Positions 1 to 7,820 of a stretch of 32,000 bases of DNA are shown piece by piece. The stretch spans positions 3,390,001 through 3,422,000 of the forward strand of contig CP060262.1 of assembly GCA_022646745.1 (NCBI GenBank). Reading direction: 5' to 3'. Under the pieces are notes generated by a model. It saw only the letters and a program-made list of their open reading frames with translations, did not search any database and had not been told where the DNA came from. The number at the start of each line of letters is the position of its first letter. Within the stretch, counting starts at the first letter, position 1. The position numbers and the translations under genes are program-made. Source of the DNA: Planctomycetales bacterium (GTDB lineage Bacteria > 4484-113 > JAFGCY01).

Positions 1-1512
1 CCGGCGGATGACAACGCAGACAACATCGTCTCCAACTCGAACGTGATCGTGTTTGACGAGGCGCATAACCTCGAAAGCTCCATCACCAGCCAGTACACCG
101 CCGAGGTCGGCAACGAGCTGCCGGTCAACCTCGGCAACCAGCTGCTGGAGGTGCTGCAGAATGACGCACTGCGCCGCCGCCTCGAGCTGCCCGCCGAATC
201 CGTCGCTGAAGGCTCGCGCGACATGCTGATCCGCATCCAGCGCCAGGCCCTGCAGGTACCGGGCTGGATCAAGACGGGCGTCAGCGTGGTGGAACAGGTC
301 AACAACCTGCTCAGCCAGGCCAGCCTCAAGGGCCATGTTGACTCGGACGAAAGCACCCAGCTCACCCCGGCCACGGCCACGCCGAACCAGACGCGCGTTA
401 TGGAACTGCTCGGCCAGCTGGCCCAGCGCCTGCTCCCGGTTGTCGACCGCTACCAGCGGCTCACGGCGGACCTGAACCTGCTGTTTGCCAACGAGGAAGC
501 CGACCTCTACATCAACGATGAAGGCCTGCAGATGGACCTGATGGACCTGCGCGTGAGTGTAGAGGAATGCCGCACGGCGCTGGAGAACTGGCAGCCGCAG
601 AATCCCGAAGCAATCGCCTGGTTCAATTCCGACCTATCGGGAGCTGACCCGCGCTGGGACTACAAGACTGCACCCCTGCATATCGGCTCGCGCTTCCAGT
701 CCCTGCGTAAGGCCAAGCACAGCCTGGTGCTGTGCAGTGCCACACTGACGGTGGCGGACAGCTTCGACTACATCCGCCGTTCGCTGGGCTTTGACGAGGA
801 TGCCACGAATGAAAGCGAGTGGTTGAAACTGAACAGTCCCTTTGACTACGCCAGCCAGGCCCTGCTGGCGATCGCCACCAACATGAAGCGCCCGACCGGC
901 GACACCCGCGATGGCTACCTGCTGCAGCTCGAGGAGGTGATCCTCGGCGTCACTGACATGATCGAGGGCGGCACGCTGGTGCTGTTCAACAGCTATCGGG
1001 ACCTGAACCAGATCGCTGAGAAGCTCAGCGGCACGATTGACGACAAGCGCCTGCTGGTGCAGGGCCGCAGCGGTTCCCGCACCCAGATCGCCGACACCTT
1101 CCGTGACGGTGGCAGCCATGTGCTTTTGGCCACGCGCTCCTTCTGGGAGGGTTTCGACGTCGCCGGAGATGCGCTGAGCTGCGTGATCCTCGCCAAGCTG
1201 CCCTTTGCCAACTTCAAGGACCCGATCCACGCCGGACGGCAGCGCCATATCGAAAGCCTCGGCGGGGACAGCTTCCGCGAGTACAGCCTGCCGCTGGCCG
1301 CGATGCAGTTCAAGCAGGGATTCGGCCGCCTGATCCGTTCGTCCAGCGACCGCGGCGTGGTCTTCCTGCTGGACAGCCGCGCGGCCTCGTCCAACTACGG
1401 CGCGGTGTTCATCAGCAGCCTGCCCGGCCCGCGCCTGGTCACCGGCTCCTACCAGTCCTGCCTCGAGCAGGCCCGCAGTTTCATGGAGGAAGGACAGCAT
1501 GTCGAAAGCTGA
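1..1512 (+). CDS. dinG: DinG/Rad3-family ATP-dependent DNA helicase, C-terminal ~500 aa (5' end outside the window)
   Basis: Frame 1 is open from base 1. DEAH box (VIVFDEAHNL) at the start; C-terminal helicase motifs LLATRSFWEGFDV and QGFGRLIRS. Confidence 0.8.
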   Translation, partial: PADDNADNIVSNSNVIVFDEAHNLESSITSQYTAEVGNELPVNLGNQLLEVLQNDALRRRLELPAESVAEGSRDMLIRIQRQALQVPGWIKTGVSVVEQVNNLLSQASLKGHVDSDESTQLTPATATPNQTRVMELLGQLAQRLLPVVDRYQRLTADLNLLFANEEADLYINDEGLQMDLMDLRVSVEECRTALENWQPQNPEAIAWFNSDLSGADPRWDYKTAPLHIGSRFQSLRKAKHSLVLCSATLTVADSFDYIRRSLGFDEDATNESEWLKLNSPFDYASQALLAIATNMKRPTGDTRDGYLLQLEEVILGVTDMIEGGTLVLFNSYRDLNQIAEKLSGTIDDKRLLVQGRSGSRTQIADTFRDGGSHVLLATRSFWEGFDVAGDALSCVILAKLPFANFKDPIHAGRQRHIESLGGDSFREYSLPLAAMQFKQGFGRLIRSSSDRGVVFLLDSRAASSNYGAVFISSLPGPRLVTGSYQSCLEQARSFMEEGQHVES

Positions 1513-2398
1513 ACTGCTGCTCGTCGGCGCAGGCCCGGTCGGCTGCATGGTGGCCAGCGCACTGGTCACCCGTGAAGTGCAGTTCGACTGGTTCATACGC
1601 AACCCGGATGTCCGTAAGGCGCTGCAGGGCCTCAGCGTGCGCTTCCCGGACCATACCCATAAGTCGGATCTGTCTGGTGCAGGTTTCCCCGAGAAGATCC
1701 CGGGGGGAATCCATAACACTGTTATAACATGTGTCAAGAGCCAGCATACCGAGCACCTGCTGGCCAGCCTGCCGCTCGGTATTTCATCCCGCCGGCTGGC
1801 AATCGCCAACGGCCTGATCAATGGCGACCACCACCTCGGCCTGCTGTACGGCGGTGCCTACCTTGATGGCGCGCAACTCGTCACCCGCCGGAGCAACACA
1901 TTGCGCGTCGGCAGCCTCGGCAGCATTGTGGATGACAGCCCCTGGTTCTGTGAGCTGCTCTCCTGCGACTGGCTGGCCACTGAAGCCGTCACAGGCATCG
2001 AAGTGCTGCAATGGCACAAACTCTGCCTGAACTGCGTGGTCAACCCCCTCACGGCCCTGCTGGACGTCCCTAACGGTCGCATCATGGAAAGCCTGCAGTC
2101 GCCTCTGGTGCAGGGCCTGGTGCAAGAGCTGCAGCGCGTGGCCCACAAGCACCTCGGCCGCCGCTGGAATTACACAGAGGCGGACATCGTAAATGGCGTT
2201 CAGCAGCTGATTGAAGCCACGATCGAGAACAGCAGCAGCATGCGCGAGGACCTGCGCCACGGCCGCCAGCCGGAAATCAGCCACATGAACGGCGCCATTG
2301 CCAGGCTGGGCCGCGAATACGGTATCCCCTGCCCGCTCAATTCCTCAATCGCAGAGCTTGTCGTGTCCGCCGCCGGAAAGCCCCGCAGCCGGGACTGA
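1499..2398 (+). CDS. 2-dehydropantoate 2-reductase (PanE/ApbA) family oxidoreductase
   Basis: N-terminal Rossmann motif LLLVGAGPVG. C-terminal family signature SSSMREDLRHGRQPEISHMNGAI..GIPCPLN. 14-nt overlap with the upstream helicase gene. Confidence 0.75.
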   Translation: MSKAELLLVGAGPVGCMVASALVTREVQFDWFIRNPDVRKALQGLSVRFPDHTHKSDLSGAGFPEKIPGGIHNTVITCVKSQHTEHLLASLPLGISSRRLAIANGLINGDHHLGLLYGGAYLDGAQLVTRRSNTLRVGSLGSIVDDSPWFCELLSCDWLATEAVTGIEVLQWHKLCLNCVVNPLTALLDVPNGRIMESLQSPLVQGLVQELQRVAHKHLGRRWNYTEADIVNGVQQLIEATIENSSSMREDLRHGRQPEISHMNGAIARLGREYGIPCPLNSSIAELVVSAAGKPRSRD

Positions 2399-2430
2399 CA
2401 GGCGGTATCCATTTCGGTTAAGATTGAGCC

Positions 2431-2841
2431 ATGCACCTTCGTTTGATCAGCATCGCCATCTTCCTTTGCCTGCTCGTATCCTGCCAGCAGGACAAGCAGG
2501 ATCCCGGCACGCTTGTCCCGGTGGACCAGATTCCCATCAACCAGGACATAGCTGAGCAGGACAAGCAGTTGCTGCCCCCGGTTGATCCACCGGTCGGCGA
2601 CCTCTCGGAGGACAACGGCAACAACGGCCAGGATGCGGCCAGCAGCATCGCTATCCCACAGGGCACGACGCAGTGGCCCAACGGTACCGACTTCCCACCT
2701 GAAGTTATTCAGATGCTCGAGAAGTACTACGCCGGCGAAAGCCTGACTTCGGATGAAGAGGTCACCTTGCGCGGCTTCGACCAGAAATGGCGCAACTGGG
2801 ATGAGATCGAGGCCATCGGCAAGAGCCAGTCGGATTCCTGA
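2431..2841 (+). CDS. small secreted lipoprotein, function unknown; C-terminal module shared with the next gene
   Basis: Signal peptide with lipobox (IAIFLCLLVSC). C-terminal 64 aa are paralogous to residues encoded at 3831-4019. Confidence 0.7.
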   Translation: MHLRLISIAIFLCLLVSCQQDKQDPGTLVPVDQIPINQDIAEQDKQLLPPVDPPVGDLSEDNGNNGQDAASSIAIPQGTTQWPNGTDFPPEVIQMLEKYYAGESLTSDEEVTLRGFDQKWRNWDEIEAIGKSQSDS

Positions 2842-3011
2842 ACTCCCACACCAAAATCCTGGGCAAATCCGGGCCGTCTGCCTGCCGCTGGGCTGTGCAG
2901 CAGGGCGGCTGCTTGATACTATATTGGTGCATGCCTGAACAGCGTCAGCTGGCAGGGCGTCATGTCACTGTGGATACAGGGACAACCTCTTTCAAATCGG
3001 AAGGCGACAAC

Positions 3012-5531
3012 GTGAGAATTCTCAGATATCTGGCTGTGTCAGTGATGATGTCGGCGGTGGTGTTCGGAGCCTGCACCAGCAGCAACTCCCCCACCTCGAA
3101 CAACATCCAGACCAACTCGAGCTATGACAACCAGTACCGGGACCAGACCCGCTCGAGTGCCGCGGGCAACCAGCCCTCGACCAATCCCGAGGAGATGGGT
3201 GATCCGCCGATCACGCTAATGATCATCGGTATGGAGACCGGTGACGTCTATCCCGGCGAGGACTACTTCGTCTACGTCGTGGATGACAACCCGGACGGCC
3301 GCGACCTCGAGTACGAGTGGGGCATTGCCAACGGTGACATCTGGCCGGTGGCGGAGGCCGACCGCGGCCGCCTGCGCACCGTCGTGGAGACTGAGTACAA
3401 CACGGCCCAGCCTGAGGTCCAGCAGCCGGTGGTTGACCCGAATGCCGGTTCCGCCTTCGCTGACGGCACGGTACCAGGTGGCACTGAAGTACCTGCGGGA
3501 CAGGCCCCTCCCGGAGCACAGGCTCCGGCCGCCGGTGGCCAGAGCGCCACGCAGCCGACTGGCGGGACCTCCACCCAGCAGCCGACCGGCAGCACCAACC
3601 AGCAGAACACCAATGTCGCCGGTGTTCCGCAGGGTGAATCCGCTGATACCAAACCGAGCAACCAGGACCTGTTCAACAGCGGCTCCACGGGCAGCAGCTC
3701 CGAGAACAAGACCCAGAACACTGACAACAGTGGAAACACGAACAACGATGTCCCGACCGAGGAGAAGCGGGTCAACTACGACCCCTCACAGTTCCCCGAG
3801 CAGACCTATGGTGACCAGGGCCAGTACAAGATCATCATCCCGCTCGGCATGACCTACTGGCCGGACGGCACTGACTTCGATCCTTCCCTTATCACGATCC
3901 TCAACAAGCTGCGCAACAACGAAGCGCTGACCAGCGATGAGGAAATCGACCTCAACGGCAGCGACCAGCGCATGCGCAACTACGCCGAGCTGAAGAAGCT
4001 CGGTGAGGAGCAGAGCGACCGCGGCAGTGTCAATGACGGCTACATCCTGCGCCGCATGGTGGTCGCCGGCCAGGCCGTGATCGACGATGAGGGCCGCCGC
4101 CTTGACAATGAGGTAGCCGGCAACGTCGTCGACCGCTCCGTTGAGAATGCCACCGCGATGCTCGAGGAGCAGACCGGCATGGAGCTCGATGAGCCCGTCA
4201 GGCGCGAGCGCAGCATGGATGACGTGGACAGCCGCGGCCTGCGCTACGAATACCAGGACTGGCAGGAGGATGAGGGCGAGGCCCGCCAGCGCGGCCTCGG
4301 CGGCTACGGCGCGGACTACGACGATGAGGACCCGCTGGACGCCGATGAAAGCTTCGACCGCTACTCCCTGATCACCGACGATCCCTACATCCAGTGGACC
4401 CCGCGCCGTCCCGGCCGCGTGAACATCTGGGTGCGTGCAATGTACCACGATGAGTACGTCACCGAGGCCCGCAACCTCGAGGTTGAGGTGCGCCTGCGTG
4501 ATCCTGAGGTCGAGCTTGAGAAGGACTTCCCGGATGTGGTGCGCGAGGACGAGGCTGTCTATGTGCGCATCGACGGCAGCAACCTGCCGGACTTCGACAA
4601 GGGCCTGTTCACCCTGAGTTTTGACAACACCAAGCTGAGCTTCCGCGAGGCGGAGCTCGGTGAGTTCTTCGATGACTTCAGCGATGCCAGCATCTACTTC
4701 GCCCAGCCCAACAAGGACGAGGGCAAGGTGCTGATTGCGGTTGACAGCAACACCGTGATCTCCGAGCCGGCCGGCGACGGCCCGCTGGTCTATGTCAAGT
4801 TCAAGGCCAAGGAGGACCTCGAGACCTCCGACGAGCCGCAGCTGGCAATGGTGATGGACACCAGCGCGCGCTACATCCTCAACAAGGATGGCGAGAACGT
4901 GCTGCCGCTGCCGCTCAACCTGCCGCCCTGGCGCACACAGACCATCATGCCGCCGGAGCTGCCGAACTACACCCGTGAGAACACGCCGGGCACCCAGGCC
5001 GGCACCGTGCCCAGCAGCAACCGCACCCCGCCGGGAGCCCAGGCCCCGACTGGCAATACCACCGCCAGCACAGGAACGCAGACCGGCAGCCAGGTCAACC
5101 AGACACCGACCAGCGGTGGCTTCACCCAGGATGCCGGCTTCCTCAGCAGTGGCGGTTCCAGCTCCCAGACGACCGGAGGCAATACCACGGGTGGTAACAC
5201 GACTGGTGGCAATACCACCGGCGGTAACACCACGGGTGGAAACTCAACAGGTGGCAATACAACCGGCGGTGACACAACGGGTGGAAACACAACCGGCGGT
5301 AACACCACAGGTGGCAATACCACTGCCGGTGGGGATACCCTCGGACGTGCCCAGAGCGATGCGGAAGACGGAACTGAGGAAAGCACTGAGAAGAGCTCAG
5401 CCAAGGAGAAGAGCACCGAGCCTGCCGCTGATGAGCCGGCTGGCGACGACCCGGGGGATGACCCCGCCGCCGAGCCGGAGAAGCCCGCCGAGGACCCCAA
5501 CAAGAAGGAAGAGCCCAAGAAGGACGAGTAG
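3012..5531 (+). CDS. large cell-surface lipoprotein with low-complexity linkers, a shared unknown module, a cohesin-like module and GGNTT repeats
   Basis: GTG at 3012 preceded by GGAAGG, followed by the lipoprotein signal VRILRYLAVSVMMSAVVFGAC. The ORF-track start at 2895 precedes the signal peptide and is unlikely. Cohesin-like segment: FTLSFDNTKLSFREAELGEFF...GKVLIAVDS...GDGPLVYVKFKAKE. Lys/Glu-rich C-terminal tail. Confidence 0.85.
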   Translation: MRILRYLAVSVMMSAVVFGACTSSNSPTSNNIQTNSSYDNQYRDQTRSSAAGNQPSTNPEEMGDPPITLMIIGMETGDVYPGEDYFVYVVDDNPDGRDLEYEWGIANGDIWPVAEADRGRLRTVVETEYNTAQPEVQQPVVDPNAGSAFADGTVPGGTEVPAGQAPPGAQAPAAGGQSATQPTGGTSTQQPTGSTNQQNTNVAGVPQGESADTKPSNQDLFNSGSTGSSSENKTQNTDNSGNTNNDVPTEEKRVNYDPSQFPEQTYGDQGQYKIIIPLGMTYWPDGTDFDPSLITILNKLRNNEALTSDEEIDLNGSDQRMRNYAELKKLGEEQSDRGSVNDGYILRRMVVAGQAVIDDEGRRLDNEVAGNVVDRSVENATAMLEEQTGMELDEPVRRERSMDDVDSRGLRYEYQDWQEDEGEARQRGLGGYGADYDDEDPLDADESFDRYSLITDDPYIQWTPRRPGRVNIWVRAMYHDEYVTEARNLEVEVRLRDPEVELEKDFPDVVREDEAVYVRIDGSNLPDFDKGLFTLSFDNTKLSFREAELGEFFDDFSDASIYFAQPNKDEGKVLIAVDSNTVISEPAGDGPLVYVKFKAKEDLETSDEPQLAMVMDTSARYILNKDGENVLPLPLNLPPWRTQTIMPPELPNYTRENTPGTQAGTVPSSNRTPPGAQAPTGNTTASTGTQTGSQVNQTPTSGGFTQDAGFLSSGGSSSQTTGGNTTGGNTTGGNTTGGNTTGGNSTGGNTTGGDTTGGNTTGGNTTGGNTTAGGDTLGRAQSDAEDGTEESTEKSSAKEKSTEPAADEPAGDDPGDDPAAEPEKPAEDPNKKEEPKKDE
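5169..5339 (+). repeat. imperfect 15-bp in-frame tandem repeat, 10 units plus one degenerate unit, encoding (GGNTT)n
   Basis: Directly visible: ggN ggN aaY acN acN repeated from 5175 to 5324, with a degenerate unit to 5339. Peptide: GGNTTGGNTTGGNTTGGNTTGGNSTGGNTTGGDTTGGNTTGGNTTGGNTTAGGDT. Confidence 0.9.
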
Positions 5532-5554
5532 GTCCGGCACCCAATAGAAAATGG

Positions 5555-5584
5555 AAAAGCCCGCTGCATGCAGCGGGCTTTTTT
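5555..5584. terminator. bidirectional rho-independent terminator between convergent genes
   Basis: AAAA-GCCCGCTGCA/TGCAGCGGGC-TTTTTT. Perfect 20-nt palindrome at 5559-5578 flanked by A and T tracts, located between the stop at 5531 (+) and the stop at 5606 (-). Confidence 0.8.
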
Positions 5585-5605
5585 GTTTCCAGTTTACAGC
5601 CGGAG

Positions 5606-7690
5606 CTAGTGCGCCTCGGCCTTCTGGTTGGCCTGGTGGGCCTTGATGATGTCACCCTGCACGTTGCTCGGGACCTGCTCGTAGCTGGCGAACTCCATCT
5701 CGAAGCTGCCCTGCCCCTGGGTCATCGAGCGCAGCGTGTTGATGTACTGGTACATCTCAGCCAGCGGCACCTGGGCCTTGATCTCCTTCACGTTGCCGAC
5801 CTGGTCCATGCCGCCGACGCGGCCACGGCGGGTGTTGAGGTCCGCCATCACGTCACCGGTGTACTCATCCGGGGTCTGCACCGTCACGTTGTAGATCGGT
5901 TCCAGCAGGATCGGCCGGGCCTGCTCGAAGGCAGAGCGGAAGCCCATCTGCGCTGCCATCTTGAATGACAGCTCATCAGAGTCCACGCTGTGGCTGCTGC
6001 CGTCGTAGACTGCGGCCTTGATGTCGATCACCTTGCTGCCACTCAGCGGGCCGTTGACCATCGCTTCCACGATGCCCTTCTCGATCGCCGGGATGAAGCG
6101 TCCCGGCACCACGCCGCCGACAACCTCATCGAGGAACTCGAAGCCGGCGCCGCGCTCCCTCGCCTCCAGCCGGATATGGCAGTCTCCGTACTTTCCGCGT
6201 CCACCGGACTGCTTCTTGTACTTGCCCTGCGCATTGCCGGAGCCTGTGATGGTCTCGCGATAGCGAATGCGCGGCTTCTCCCACTTGATGTCAACGCCGA
6301 CGCGCTTCTTGACCTGCGAACGCGCCACGTCGAGATGCAGCGGGCCCATGCCGTACAGCACCTGTTCCTTGGTCTCCTCATCCTGCACCAGGCGCAGGGT
6401 CGGGTCAGCGGAAGTCAGCACGTTGAGCGTACTGATCACCTTCTCCAGATCGTTGTGGTCATCAACCTCGACCTTCTCGTAGGCCACCGGGCGGCGGTAT
6501 TCGATCTTGTCGAGGATGAACGGGCTGTCCTTCGCCGTCAGTGTGTTGCCCATCTTGGTGTGCTTCAGCTTCATCGTGGCCACGATGTCACCGGCGCCCA
6601 CCTCATTCACGTCCTTGCGCTCCTTGCCGCGCATCAGGATCAGGTTGCCGATCTTCTCCTGCTCGTCGGTGGAGGAGTTCAGCACGGTGTCGCCGTTCTT
6701 CAGCTTGCCGCTCCAGACTCGCATCCAGAACACATCACCGACCTGGCCCTCACTCGTGACCTTGAACACGCGGGCTGTCAGCGGTGCATCCTCGCTGGGC
6801 GGACGTGACTCCTCACTGCCGTCCGGCTTGCTGCCGTGCAGCTTCTCATGGAAGCCCGGATGCGGCATGCTGTGGATGATGATCTCCAGCAGGTTGCGGA
6901 TGCCGACGGTCTCCTTGCCACTGCCGCCGACTGCGGGGCAGAACTTGCCATGCAGGATGCCATCCAGCATCGCCTTTTCAAGTTCATCCGTGCTGATCGT
7001 GTCGTCATCCATATAGCGCATCATCAGCTCATCGTCGAGCTCCACGATGCTTTCCACAAGGTCGGCACGCGCCGCCTCTGTCGCTTCCTTGTAGTCGTCG
7101 GGGACCGGCTTCTCCACTATCTTGTCCCCTTCCTTCATGTATGCCTTTCTGAGCAGCACGTTGATCACTCCCTTGAGGTCGTGATGCTCACCGATTGTGA
7201 TGCACAGAGGCGCCACGGTCTTGCCGAACTCATTGCGGCAGGAGCTGATCGCGTTGTCCCAGTCGGCATTCTCCTTGTCCAGCCCGCTGATGAATATCAG
7301 GCGCGGCAGGTGCAGCTTCTCGCAGGTCTCCCAGAAGATGCGGGTCTGCGGCTCGACGCCCATCGATCCGTTGACAACGATGATCGCGCTGTCAACCACG
7401 TTGAGGGCGGAGGTGGATTCACCGAGGAAGTCACGGTAGCCAGGGCAGTCGATCAGGGTGAAGTGGTGGTCCTCGAAATCAAAGGGGAGTACTGCACTGG
7501 TGATTGAGTATTTTCTCTTTATCTCTTCAGGGTCATGGTCACTTACGGTATTTCCGTCTTCGATGGTTCCCATCCTGTTGATGGCGCCGGCGATGTAGAG
7601 GATCGCTTCGCTGAGTACCGTCTTCCCGGCACCGCCATGTCCGATGATTGCTACGTTGCGCTTCTTGTCTATAGCTACGCCCATAGCCAA
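5606..7690 (-). CDS. elongation factor G-like translational GTPase (divergent paralogue, not in a str operon)
   Basis: 694 aa. P-loop GHGGAGKT and DCPG (G3). EF-G domain II-V-like sequence throughout (for example KYKKQSGGRGKYGDCHIRLE). NKxD (G4) is replaced by SGLD. Confidence 0.85.
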   Translation of the reverse strand: MAMGVAIDKKRNVAIIGHGGAGKTVLSEAILYIAGAINRMGTIEDGNTVSDHDPEEIKRKYSITSAVLPFDFEDHHFTLIDCPGYRDFLGESTSALNVVDSAIIVVNGSMGVEPQTRIFWETCEKLHLPRLIFISGLDKENADWDNAISSCRNEFGKTVAPLCITIGEHHDLKGVINVLLRKAYMKEGDKIVEKPVPDDYKEATEAARADLVESIVELDDELMMRYMDDDTISTDELEKAMLDGILHGKFCPAVGGSGKETVGIRNLLEIIIHSMPHPGFHEKLHGSKPDGSEESRPPSEDAPLTARVFKVTSEGQVGDVFWMRVWSGKLKNGDTVLNSSTDEQEKIGNLILMRGKERKDVNEVGAGDIVATMKLKHTKMGNTLTAKDSPFILDKIEYRRPVAYEKVEVDDHNDLEKVISTLNVLTSADPTLRLVQDEETKEQVLYGMGPLHLDVARSQVKKRVGVDIKWEKPRIRYRETITGSGNAQGKYKKQSGGRGKYGDCHIRLEARERGAGFEFLDEVVGGVVPGRFIPAIEKGIVEAMVNGPLSGSKVIDIKAAVYDGSSHSVDSDELSFKMAAQMGFRSAFEQARPILLEPIYNVTVQTPDEYTGDVMADLNTRRGRVGGMDQVGNVKEIKAQVPLAEMYQYINTLRSMTQGQGSFEMEFASYEQVPSNVQGDIIKAHQANQKAEAH

Positions 7691-7820
7691 TTACCTCCAG
7701 CAAGCTGTGGATTTCCGGCTGTTTTGGATGCCCCGCCGGAAGTTCGAGTTTAGCAGGATTGGCCCGCTGGCGTAAGCATCAGGAACGCTTGACCGCGCTA
7801 TTTCTTCCCAATTTCTCCAT

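Noticed and set aside
634-1821. 395-aa minus-strand ORF antisense to the helicase and PanE-family genes. Similar long antisense ORFs lie at 8052-8987, 14284-15924, 19570-20547, 9847-10617, 5990-6808 and 6836-7507.
   Set aside because: Each lies opposite a well-supported conserved gene. The translations are Arg/Ala/Gly/His-rich low-information sequence typical of stop-poor antisense frames in GC-rich DNA. None has an RBS or a recognisable motif.
2895-3011. N-terminal extensions proposed by the ORF track: 2895 for the large lipoprotein, 9590 for dapA, 12121 for plsC, 22321 for recJ and 17063 for the lipoprotein.
   Set aside because: The extensions either overlap the upstream gene or precede a clear signal peptide. 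In every case a downstream ATG/GTG with better context gives a canonical N-terminus.
5169-5339. Regular short repeats considered as a possible CRISPR array.
   Set aside because: The 15-bp units are contiguous with no spacers. They are in frame inside a long CDS and encode a GGNTT peptide repeat.
4888-5655. Long alternative-frame ORFs (4888-5547 +, 4967-5569 -, 5143-5655 -) over the 3' end of the large lipoprotein gene.
   Set aside because: They are Pro/Arg/Ser/Val low-complexity translations created by the repeat and GC-rich linker DNA. The lipoprotein frame is continuous with the well-structured upstream domains and ends at a strong terminator.
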